Source of the DNA: Candidatus Entotheonellaceae bacterium
GTDB taxonomy: Bacteria > Tectomicrobia > Entotheonellia > Entotheonellales > Entotheonellaceae
NCBI GenBank assembly: GCA_965238075.1
Contig: OZ250173.1
Location: 3,072,001-3,136,000, forward strand
Reading direction: 5' to 3'
Length of the DNA stretch: 64,000 nucleotides
This document shows positions 29,511-38,018 of the stretch, piece after piece. The notes under the pieces are model-generated. The model saw only the letters and a list, made by a program, of their open reading frames with translations, ran no database searches and was not told the origin of the DNA. The position numbers and the translations under genes are program-made. The first letter of the stretch is position 1, and each line of letters opens with the position of its first letter.

Positions 29511-30467
29511 ATGCTCAACCCGTTGGTCGTCATAGTCGGTCCCACTGCGGTGGGAAAGACCGCCCTTTCTTTGCGCCTTGCTCGGGCAATCCATGCCGAG
29601 ATCGTCAATATCGATTCGCGACAGATGTACCGCCATTTGGACATCGGCACCGCGAAACCCACTCCCTCCCAACAGGCTGAAGTGCCTCATCATCTACTCG
29701 ATGTGCTCCTGCCCGACCAATCAGGCAACGCGGCCAGGTGCGCCGACCTTGCGCGGCAAGCCATCGATGACATCAGACGACGCGGACGGCGTGCAGTGCT
29801 TGTCGCAGGTAGTGGGTTGTACCTGCAGGCATTGCTTTACGGCCTCATGTCGGTTCCGCCGGCGAATGCGCTCCTGCGGGCTGAGTTGTGTGCCTACGCA
29901 GACCGTCACGGAAACGCCGCATTGCACACCTTGTTGCAGCGGGCCGACCCGACCGCGGCGGCAACCTGCCATGTGCAAGACCGCGTGCGTGTTGTGAGAG
30001 CCCTGGAGGTGACCTACCTGACTGGCGTACCGTTTTCTGAACATCGTTCCCGCCATCAGATGCACAAGCCGTTGTATCCGTATGTGGGGATTGCTTTGAC
30101 GCGCGACCGTGCCGAGCTCTATGCCCGTATCGAGGAACGAACGGACGCCATGCTCGCGGCGGGTTGGCTAGCGGAAATCGAGATGCTGATTGCGTGCGGC
30201 TACACGGAGACCTGCGCAGCGATGAATAGTCTTGGCTACCGGGAATTACTGGGCCATTTGGCGGGCCGAACGGAGTGGCAGGAAGCTGTCGATGCCATCA
30301 AACAAGCGACGCGGCGTTTTGCCAAACGGCAGTTGACGTGGTTTGCCAAGTTTCCGGACTTGTCCTGGTACAATCTCACCCGCGTGAATGAAGGCACTGT
30401 GGTGACGGAAATCGTCAAAACGTTATGTATTGGGATGGACTCGCAAGTAGAGGCGCGCAGCCTGTGA
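29511..30467 (+). CDS. miaA: tRNA dimethylallyltransferase
   Basis: GPTAVGKT, DSRQMY..DIGTAKP, SLGYRE, AKRQLTW. Confidence 0.96.
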   Translation: MLNPLVVIVGPTAVGKTALSLRLARAIHAEIVNIDSRQMYRHLDIGTAKPTPSQQAEVPHHLLDVLLPDQSGNAARCADLARQAIDDIRRRGRRAVLVAGSGLYLQALLYGLMSVPPANALLRAELCAYADRHGNAALHTLLQRADPTAAATCHVQDRVRVVRALEVTYLTGVPFSEHRSRHQMHKPLYPYVGIALTRDRAELYARIEERTDAMLAAGWLAEIEMLIACGYTETCAAMNSLGYRELLGHLAGRTEWQEAVDAIKQATRRFAKRQLTWFAKFPDLSWYNLTRVNEGTVVTEIVKTLCIGMDSQVEARSL

Positions 30468-30510
30468 CGCCTGTGGGTTCTTGGGGTGCGCTCGAAACCT
30501 GGAGATCTGC

Positions 30511-31311
30511 GTGTATCCAGAGGTATTTCGCATAGGGCCGTTTGTGGTGCGGTATTACGGCCTGATGTACGTGATTGCCCTGTTGGTCGGCATCGTCTTG
30601 CTGCGTCTGGAGGCCAAGCGGCGCGGCCTGCCACCGGAGCGCATTGTGGATGCGGCCTTTTATGCCTTTGTGGCGGGGTTCCTGGGCGGGCGTCTGTATT
30701 ACGTGATTTTCAAGTGGGGCCATTACAGTGCCAACCCGTTGAAGATATTCGCCATTTGGGAAGGCGGCATGGCGATCCACGGCGGCATTATTGGCGGCAT
30801 GATCGGCTTGTGGCTCTACGCGTGTTCTAGCGGAATCTCGGTGCGAACGCTATGGGACATGGCCGTTCCGGCGGGGATTCTGGGGCAAGCCCTGGGCCGC
30901 TTCGGCAATTTCATGAACGGCGACGCGCATGGCTACCCGTTGCGTTCACTGCACCTGCCGAGCTGGCTGCAGCATTTCCCGGAATGGATGGGCGTGGTGT
31001 TTCCGCCTTCAAGCATTGCCGGACGAGAGTTCGGCCAAGTGCCACTGCATCCGGTCATGCTGTACGAGTTAGTTCTGAACCTGATCGGTTTCGTGCTGCT
31101 GTGGAGCCTGCGCAAATCCCGCCTGCCTGAGGGCGGGTTGGCGGGGATGTATCTCATTTATTACGCCTGGGTGCGGTCGTTCACGTCCCTCTTTCGGGCC
31201 GATGATCTTTATCTCGGCCCCCTACGCTTGCCGCATGTGGTGAGCCTCGCGATGATCGTGGTCGGACTGTATCTGCTGCGGCCGCGAGATCATCGCGTCG
31301 CTGCTTCGTAG
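30511..31311 (+). CDS. lgt: Prolipoprotein diacylglyceryl transferase
   Basis: YYGLMY, GGRLYYV, WEGGMAIHGG, GRFGNFMNGD, HPVMLYE. Confidence 0.95.
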   Translation: MYPEVFRIGPFVVRYYGLMYVIALLVGIVLLRLEAKRRGLPPERIVDAAFYAFVAGFLGGRLYYVIFKWGHYSANPLKIFAIWEGGMAIHGGIIGGMIGLWLYACSSGISVRTLWDMAVPAGILGQALGRFGNFMNGDAHGYPLRSLHLPSWLQHFPEWMGVVFPPSSIAGREFGQVPLHPVMLYELVLNLIGFVLLWSLRKSRLPEGGLAGMYLIYYAWVRSFTSLFRADDLYLGPLRLPHVVSLAMIVVGLYLLRPRDHRVAAS

Positions 31312-31328
31312 CTTGGCTGAGCGGCCGG

Positions 31329-31982
31329 TTACCGGACGCGACGTTTCGCCTGAGCCTGTAGCATAATCTCTTTGAGGGTGGCAGTGGCTCTTTCGACGTC
31401 CTTGGCGCTTACGATTGCGGAGCAGACCGCTACATGGTCAGCGCCGGCCGCGACGACTTCCGATATGTTGCGATCGGAGATTCCTCCCAAGGCGACGAGC
31501 GGGATGTCAATTGCTTCGAGGGTATCGTGCATCATCTCGGTGCCGCGGGGCGAGGCTACCGTCTCTTTCGTGGCTGTCTGATAGATGGGGCCGAATCCAA
31601 CGTAATCAGCCTGTTGCTGCTGAGCGCGGCGTGCCATATCGACCGAAGACGTGGAGACACCAAGTAGATTTGGCGTCGGCAGCAGCTTTCTGGCCATGTG
31701 GGCCGGCAGATCCGTCTGTCCTACGTGGGCACCCTCCGCTTCGATCGCCAAAGCAATGTCGACGCGATCATTAACGATAAGCGGTACCTGGTAACGCGTC
31801 GTTAGTTCATGAACGCGTATGCCTTCCTCAATTATCGTAGCCGCCTCGGCTTCCTTGTCGCGGAGTTGGACGACATCCACACCGCCTGCTAAGGCTGCCC
31901 GGACGACGTCAACGGTGGAACGACCGCGAGACAAGGCGCGATCGGTTATGAGATAGAGGGTGCATTCGCTGAAAGGCCGCAT
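31329..31982 (-). CDS. thiE: Thiamine phosphate synthase
   Basis: VVQLRDK, IVNDRVD, HVGQTD, GPIYQTATK, ALGGI. Confidence 0.95.
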   Translation of the reverse strand: MRPFSECTLYLITDRALSRGRSTVDVVRAALAGGVDVVQLRDKEAEAATIIEEGIRVHELTTRYQVPLIVNDRVDIALAIEAEGAHVGQTDLPAHMARKLLPTPNLLGVSTSSVDMARRAQQQQADYVGFGPIYQTATKETVASPRGTEMMHDTLEAIDIPLVALGGISDRNISEVVAAGADHVAVCSAIVSAKDVERATATLKEIMLQAQAKRRVR

Positions 31983-31993
31983 GCGCTACCCTC

Positions 31994-32788
31994 CTAGTCG
32001 AGAGATGACAGGGACAATTTCAGTTCGACGGGTCGCTGGTCTCTGGTTACATGCAAAACGACTTCTTCACCCGCCGCCTTGTTCTGGCAGAGGCTTTGAA
32101 AGTCCTGAACGGTGTTGATCTTCGTTCCATCCGCCTCCGTAATCACGTCTCCACGGCGCACGTCATGACCCTCGGCATGACGCTCCGGCTCAGCCGAGGC
32201 CACCAAAACCCCGTCCGTCGTGGTCAGGTTGAAGATGCGGGCGAGTTGTGGGGTAAGGTCTTGAACAAAAATGCCGCACATCTTGGCGGAATGCTCCGGC
32301 GTCTCCGGTCCGGCGAGGATGACGGTACGCGTGGCATCCAACACCTTGCGGGCGACGAATATTGGCGCATTTGTACGGATGGCGAGCGCGATGGCGTCGC
32401 TGGGGCGAGCATCGATGGTTATTGTTTCGGAACCGCGTTGCAAGTCAATCTTGGCGAAATAGGTGTTGTTCCGAAGGTCATTGATGAAGATGCGTCGCAC
32501 GCCAATTTTCAAATTGACTAGTATATTGTTGAGGAGTGCGTGGGTCAGCGGCCGGGGCGTGTCCACCCCCTCAAGCTCCAAGGCAATGGCACGCGCCTCG
32601 GGCAGGCCGATCCAAATGGGAAATGCCTTGTGCCCCTGACTGTCCTCGAGGATGACGATAGGGGAATGCCTTTCGGGGTCCATGGTGACGCCTCTCACCT
32701 TCATTTCGACTGCGTCGTCGGCGTGTCCGAGAATGCCAAAGCTGATCATCAATAGGCTTATCAAAAAAACGAGGCTACGTCGTTTCAT
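31994..32788 (-). CDS. DUF151 (bifunctional nuclease) domain plus C-terminal PDZ domain, with N-terminal signal peptide
   Basis: MKRR, hydrophobic stretch, GHA; PIWIG..EA, RPLTH, DARPSDAIALA; PDZ-like GIFVQDLTPQLA..GVLV..RGDVI. Confidence 0.8.
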   Translation of the reverse strand: MKRRSLVFLISLLMISFGILGHADDAVEMKVRGVTMDPERHSPIVILEDSQGHKAFPIWIGLPEARAIALELEGVDTPRPLTHALLNNILVNLKIGVRRIFINDLRNNTYFAKIDLQRGSETITIDARPSDAIALAIRTNAPIFVARKVLDATRTVILAGPETPEHSAKMCGIFVQDLTPQLARIFNLTTTDGVLVASAEPERHAEGHDVRRGDVITEADGTKINTVQDFQSLCQNKAAGEEVVLHVTRDQRPVELKLSLSSLD

Positions 32789-32977
32789 TACGTTTTCTCC
32801 AGGAGAATTAAAGGCACAGTGCTAAGGTATCTTGACATGACAGGTGTACGACAATCCAAAAACTAAATTACCTCATTTTCTATGTTTGCATGCTAGCTTG
32901 TCCCAAAGATCAAGTCAAAGAAAGAGAAGGTGGGGTGGTTGGAAATATGTTATGTTCAAGTAGTGTGATAGTGGTTA

Positions 32978-35872
32978 TTGATTCCTAGGGTGAGGAGCAT
33001 CAAGTATATGCTTGTTATGACTAGGCGCATGAGTCAGTTGATGGGTTTTCTCATTCTGGTAAGCATGATCTTTGTTCTTCTGAGCGTCGGTTCTTATTCG
33101 CTGGACGATCCGGCCTGGAATCACTACACGAGCCGAGAGGTGATTGACGTCGATAATCTTGGCGGGCGAGTTGGTGCTTTTCTTGCCGATTGGGGATTGC
33201 AGTTGTTCGGGAGCACGGTGTTTGTCTTCATTGCCTGCACGGCATTGGGGGCGATCTGCCTGATGCGTGCCCGCCTAAGACCTATCGTAGGAGCGGCATG
33301 GCGTGGCCTTCTGCTGATTGTGGCTCTCAGCACGCTGGCGCATTTGTATTGGATTGACGACCCATTTTTCAAAGCCGGATTGTTGGCGGGCGGGGCAAGT
33401 GGTCAATGGCTGGCCGAATTTCTAATCCCCTATCTCGAGTTGCCGGGCACTTATGCCGTGGCAGGATTGTCTGTGCTGTGCGTTCTATTGAGTTGCGCGC
33501 GGCTGTCTTTGCTCAAGGGAGTCAAGCATGTGATTGCCCCTGTCAGATTGACGAAAAAGCATCGTGAGTCTGACGATTCGGTCCTGTTCGATGAGGATTC
33601 GGTCCTGAGAGCCTACCCTTCTGCCTTCCAAGACGACGATGACCGAGGTGTATCTACTGATGAAACGAATTCTGAAGAAAGTAACCGGATGACAGGGCCT
33701 CGCGTCAGACGGCTTGCGACAGAGACCAGCGTCGCTGACCCGAATTTGGAGCAGGCGACTCCTGCGGAAAGCCGCCCATCAAAAATTCCCAATCCACCAT
33801 CGTTCCTTGCGCAGCGTGCGAGGAAGTCTCAGCAGTCCCACCAAGTGCCCACACGCGAAACGATTTCTGAAAAAAGTGACCCGGAGGAAACGCCCCGCGT
33901 CGAGCCGTCCGCGTCCAAAAACAGCACTGCTGAACTGGGCAAGAAACCGGCGGCTTCTTCCGAACACCGTCCATCGAAAATCCCCATATTGCCGTCGTTC
34001 CGTGCAAAGTACGTAATGGAACTTGAGCGGAGCATCCAAAAGCCCGCACGCCAAGAGGTCCCTGAAAAAAACGATGAGGTGGAAGTGCCTCTAGTCGAAC
34101 CGCATGTGACTGAAGATAACGTTGTTGGTCCGAGCACGGACAAGTTGGCCCCTTCGGAAGCCCGTGCATCGCAAGCCGCCAAACGGCCGTCGTTTCGTGC
34201 CAAGCGAGCGACGGAACCTCCGCGGATCGTCGAGGCCCTTCCGCGCGAAACGATTCCCGAAGACATCGACCGGGAGGAAGTGAGTCCTGCCGAACGGCCT
34301 GTGCCCGAAGGCAGCGTTGCTGAGCCGATTGAGGAGCAAGCGGCTTCTTCAGAAGCTCCCGCGCCGCAGGTCCCCATATTACAACCGCTTCCTGTCAAGC
34401 ACGTGACGCCGTCTCAGCAGCCCCAACTGCCCTCACTGGATTTGCTAGAAACCCCTTTAAATACCGAGGAGGGTCAAAGCGAAGAGGAACTCATGCAGCA
34501 GGCGCGCTTCCTCGAACAAAAGCTGCGGGAATTTGGCATTGAGGGGGAAGTCGTCCAGGTTTCACCGGGCCCGGTGATTACGATGTACGAGTTTGCTCCC
34601 GCTGCCGGCGTCAAGGTCAATAAAATTACCAATTTACAGGACGATTTGGCTCTCGTGATGCGGGCTCTCAGTGTGCGGATCGTGGCACCGGTTCCCGGCA
34701 AAGCTGTGGTGGGCATCGAGGTTCCCAATGTACGGCGGGAAACGATAGCGTTGCGGAGTCTGGTGGATACCGAGGAGTTTCAAGGCTCATCGTCAAAGCT
34801 GAACATTGTTTTGGGCAAAGACATCCTGGGTCAGCCGGTCATCACAGACCTTGCGCTTATTCCCCACCTACTGGTCGCAGGGGCCACCGGTTCCGGCAAG
34901 AGTGTCGGACTCAACAGCGTGATTTGCAGTCTGCTGTTTCGGGTGACGCCGGCCGAGGTCAAACTGATCATGATTGATCCCAAAATGTTGGAATTTTCGA
35001 TCTACGACGGCATTCCGCATCTGCTCGTACCGGTTGTCACCGATTCCAAGAAGGCCGCCGTGGCGCTACGGCGTGTGGTCGCGGAAATGGAAAGACGCTA
35101 CCAGCTTCTGGCCGCCAAAGGCGTCCGCAGTATGGCGCAATATAATCAGAGAATCAGGGATGAAAAGGCCCGTATCGAAAGCAATGGGGCGGACGCCGAG
35201 AACCAAGCGCCACCGGCCGAGCCGTTGCCCTATCTTGTTGTAGTGGTTGACGAGCTCTCCGACCTGATGATGGTTTCGTCACGTGAGGTTGAGGACTCGC
35301 TGATGCGCATCGCCCAGATGGCACGGGCTGCGGGTATTCACCTCATTGTTGCCACGCAGCGCCCATCGGTCGACGTGCTGACGGGCGTCATCAAAGCCAA
35401 TTTTCCCGCCCGCCTGTCGTTCCAGGTCACGTCCAAAATCGACTCTCGTACGATCCTTGACGCCAATGGCGCGGAAACGCTTTTGGGGCGGGGCGATATG
35501 CTCTTCCTCGCGCCGGGGACGTCCAAGCCGCAGCGCGTACACGGCGCGTACGTGTCGGAGGAGGAGATCACGCGCTTGGTGGAGGCGTGGAAGGCGATTG
35601 AACAGCCGAACTACAACGATAGCTTTCTGGAGCCCATCAACGAGCCGACGGATGACGAGGACAGCGAATACGACGAAAAATACGACGAGGCCATTGCGCT
35701 TGTGGCGCGTACCGGACAGGCGTCCATTTCCATGCTGCAGCGGCGCTTGCGGGTTGGTTACAACCGTGCGGCGCGCATGATCGAGGTGATGGAGAAAGAA
35801 GGGGTCGTGGGTCCGGCGGATGGCGTAAAGCCGCGGGAAGTGTTGGTGCGGGATACGTATGATGAGGTGTGA
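32978..35872 (+). CDS. ftsK: DNA translocase FtsK (start may be ATG 33008)
   Basis: 4TM N-terminus (NLGGRVGA), PHLLVAGATGSGKS, DPKMLE, ATQRPSVDV, gamma domain LQRRLRVGYNRAAR. Confidence 0.96.
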   Translation: MIPRVRSIKYMLVMTRRMSQLMGFLILVSMIFVLLSVGSYSLDDPAWNHYTSREVIDVDNLGGRVGAFLADWGLQLFGSTVFVFIACTALGAICLMRARLRPIVGAAWRGLLLIVALSTLAHLYWIDDPFFKAGLLAGGASGQWLAEFLIPYLELPGTYAVAGLSVLCVLLSCARLSLLKGVKHVIAPVRLTKKHRESDDSVLFDEDSVLRAYPSAFQDDDDRGVSTDETNSEESNRMTGPRVRRLATETSVADPNLEQATPAESRPSKIPNPPSFLAQRARKSQQSHQVPTRETISEKSDPEETPRVEPSASKNSTAELGKKPAASSEHRPSKIPILPSFRAKYVMELERSIQKPARQEVPEKNDEVEVPLVEPHVTEDNVVGPSTDKLAPSEARASQAAKRPSFRAKRATEPPRIVEALPRETIPEDIDREEVSPAERPVPEGSVAEPIEEQAASSEAPAPQVPILQPLPVKHVTPSQQPQLPSLDLLETPLNTEEGQSEEELMQQARFLEQKLREFGIEGEVVQVSPGPVITMYEFAPAAGVKVNKITNLQDDLALVMRALSVRIVAPVPGKAVVGIEVPNVRRETIALRSLVDTEEFQGSSSKLNIVLGKDILGQPVITDLALIPHLLVAGATGSGKSVGLNSVICSLLFRVTPAEVKLIMIDPKMLEFSIYDGIPHLLVPVVTDSKKAAVALRRVVAEMERRYQLLAAKGVRSMAQYNQRIRDEKARIESNGADAENQAPPAEPLPYLVVVVDELSDLMMVSSREVEDSLMRIAQMARAAGIHLIVATQRPSVDVLTGVIKANFPARLSFQVTSKIDSRTILDANGAETLLGRGDMLFLAPGTSKPQRVHGAYVSEEEITRLVEAWKAIEQPNYNDSFLEPINEPTDDEDSEYDEKYDEAIALVARTGQASISMLQRRLRVGYNRAARMIEVMEKEGVVGPADGVKPREVLVRDTYDEV
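33728..34390 (+). repeat. Degenerate 195-bp (65-aa) tandem repeat, about 3.4 copies, in the FtsK linker
   Basis: PSF codons begin at 33797, 33992 and 34187. SVAD/STAE/NVVG/SVAE begin at 33728, 33923, 34118 and 34313. All spacings are exactly 195 bp. Confidence 0.85.
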
Positions 35873-35896
35873 GCGCAAGGCATCGGAGAATGTCGG

Positions 35897-36118
35897 GTGA
35901 TCACGAAGCGAGGCGGCAAATGGCGCGCCTTATGGATTTGTGGTGCCGTGTGGTTCAGCCTGCTTGTACTCGCAATGACCACCGGCTGTGGGCGCAAGAA
36001 GCCCCCGATGCCGCTTAAACAGGACACTGCCCAACTGGTTGTTAGCGCTGGAAAGCATGAGGGAATGGTCGGCGGGCGAAGGGTGTCAACGGGAACGCAT
36101 AGGAGGATGAATCGTTGA
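35897..36118 (+). CDS. Small lipoprotein, LptM/YifL-like
   Basis: Lipobox TTGC followed by GRKKPP; overlaps the dapB start. Confidence 0.55.
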   Translation: MITKRGGKWRALWICGAVWFSLLVLAMTTGCGRKKPPMPLKQDTAQLVVSAGKHEGMVGGRRVSTGTHRRMNR

Positions 36119-36918
36119 TACGGGTCGTTGTCACAGGAGCAGCCGGAAGGATGGGGCAGCGGGTGATCGCCATGACGCAAGCTGACGCGCAGTTCACCCT
36201 CGCTGGCGCTGTGACACGCCCGCAGCATCCGGCCGTGGGCCGTGATGTCGGGGAAGTTGTAGGGGGCGGTGCTGTCGGTGTACAGGTCACCGACGATGCC
36301 GTGCCGGCATTGGTTCAGGCGGACGTGGTAATTGACTTTTCGGTGCCGGAAGCCGGGGTGGCCTATCTGAAAATGGCGAGTGACCTTGGTAAGGCCATGG
36401 TCATTGGTACGACAGGTTTTACGGCTGTTCAACACGACGAAATTCAACAACTGAGCCGAAGGGTGCCCTGTTTCCTGGCGCCCAACATGAGCGTTGGTGT
36501 GCACGTAATGTATCAGGCTCTACGACAACTGGTGACTCTGTTGGGGCCTGACTACGACATCGAGATTCTCGAAGCCCACCATCGAACGAAAGTTGACGCG
36601 CCTAGCGGCACGGCGCTTCGGATGGCGTCCATCGTCGCCGAGGCGCTTGGTACAAACTTGGACGATGTGGCGGTGTATGGACGGCAGGGCAGGGTGGGGC
36701 AGCGACCTGATTTAGCGATTGGCATTCAGGCCGTGCGGGCCGGTGACATTGTTGGCGAACACACCGTGCTGTTCGGCGGCATCGGCGAGCGAATTGAGCT
36801 GATACACCGTTCTCAGAGTCGGGATACGTTTGCCCGTGGCGCGGTGCGGGCTGCGGGATGGATTGTCCGGCAGAGCCCCGGCCTTTATGGCATGGATGAT
36901 CTCCTGCGTCCCTCCTGA
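36115..36918 (+). CDS. dapB: 4-hydroxy-tetrahydrodipicolinate reductase
   Basis: GAAGRMG, IGTTG, APNMSVG, EAHHRTKVDAPSGTA, RAGDIVGEH. Confidence 0.97.
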   Translation: MIRVVVTGAAGRMGQRVIAMTQADAQFTLAGAVTRPQHPAVGRDVGEVVGGGAVGVQVTDDAVPALVQADVVIDFSVPEAGVAYLKMASDLGKAMVIGTTGFTAVQHDEIQQLSRRVPCFLAPNMSVGVHVMYQALRQLVTLLGPDYDIEILEAHHRTKVDAPSGTALRMASIVAEALGTNLDDVAVYGRQGRVGQRPDLAIGIQAVRAGDIVGEHTVLFGGIGERIELIHRSQSRDTFARGAVRAAGWIVRQSPGLYGMDDLLRPS

Positions 36919-37363
36919 CATGCTTCTTTGAAAGCGGTTGATTCCAAGTCGCGCATAAATGCTCCGCTATTCATTGCATCAAGCAGCATGCGTGCGACGG
37001 CGCCCATTACCTGACCTTGAAGGTGTTGCCGAACCAGTTGGAGGACGATGGCTTCACGGTTTATAACGAGTCGGCGGTCGGCGGACTAGGGAGATTGTTA
37101 CCGAGGCCTTGCGGTGTACGTTTCAGGAGGAGCGCCAACGTATCGGCGTTCACCTTGATGGTATTGCACGCAGACGATTCACGTCTTGTGCGATGCCATT
37201 GTATGTCATGGCATGGGTGGTGTTGACCGAAGCAGATGAGGAGGCCTGCGAGCGGGGTCGATTCTGTTTCAGCATTGCCGAATGCATCGGGGGGGAGGAG
37301 CGCAAGGCGCAGACTCGGCAACGTTGTTGTATGTGATCACTCGTTAAGGAAGGGACGAATTTA

Positions 37364-38002
37364 GTGGACTATACGGGACAGGAAATGGAAACGTCCAGCA
37401 TCAAGAAAATCTACGCGTCCTATTCGCGAATATACGACTTCATCTTCAAGCGTTGGTTTTACCCACGCCAACAGCACGTCATCCGGTCGTTATCTCTGCA
37501 GGAAGGGCAGCGCGTGCTGGACCTGGGTGTTGGCACCGGCCTGTCGCTGCCTCTGTATCCTCGGCATGTGCAGGTCACCGGGGTCGACCTCTCCAACAGT
37601 ATGTTGCGAGAAGCTCAGAAGAAGATACGGCAGGAGGGCTTGGATCATGTCACGCTGCTGGAGATGGATGCCGGACAACTGGCGTTTGCGGATGACGTCT
37701 TTGACGTCGTCATCGCTGCTTTTGTGATTAGCGTGGTTCCCGATCCGATTCAGGTCATTGCGGAAATCAAACGGGTGAGCAAGCCTGACGGGAAGATTGT
37801 GATCATCAACCATTTCCAAAGTCAGAATAAACTTATTGCGCAGGTCGAAAAATGGCTGTCCCCATTGTGCAAAAAAATCGGTTGGCGTTCCGACCTGGCT
37901 TTGGAGTATCTGGTGCACTATGCGGGGTTGAGCGTCCAACAAATGTATTCGCTGAACAAGATCGATCTGTGGAAAGTGGTGTACGTGAGTAACAACAAGT
38001 AA
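37364..38002 (+). CDS. Class I SAM methyltransferase, phosphatidylethanolamine N-methyltransferase (PmtA)-like
   Basis: Y..YSRIYDFIF, VLDLGVGTGLSL, VISVVPDP, IVIINHF. Confidence 0.7.
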   Translation: MDYTGQEMETSSIKKIYASYSRIYDFIFKRWFYPRQQHVIRSLSLQEGQRVLDLGVGTGLSLPLYPRHVQVTGVDLSNSMLREAQKKIRQEGLDHVTLLEMDAGQLAFADDVFDVVIAAFVISVVPDPIQVIAEIKRVSKPDGKIVIINHFQSQNKLIAQVEKWLSPLCKKIGWRSDLALEYLVHYAGLSVQQMYSLNKIDLWKVVYVSNNK

Positions 38003-38018
38003 GAAGCGGGATCAAGCC

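Noticed and set aside
36920-37360. Possible PilZ-like remnant or small ORFs between dapB and the methyltransferase
   Set aside because: Only a weak NxSxxG-like match; the frames are short and inconsistent.
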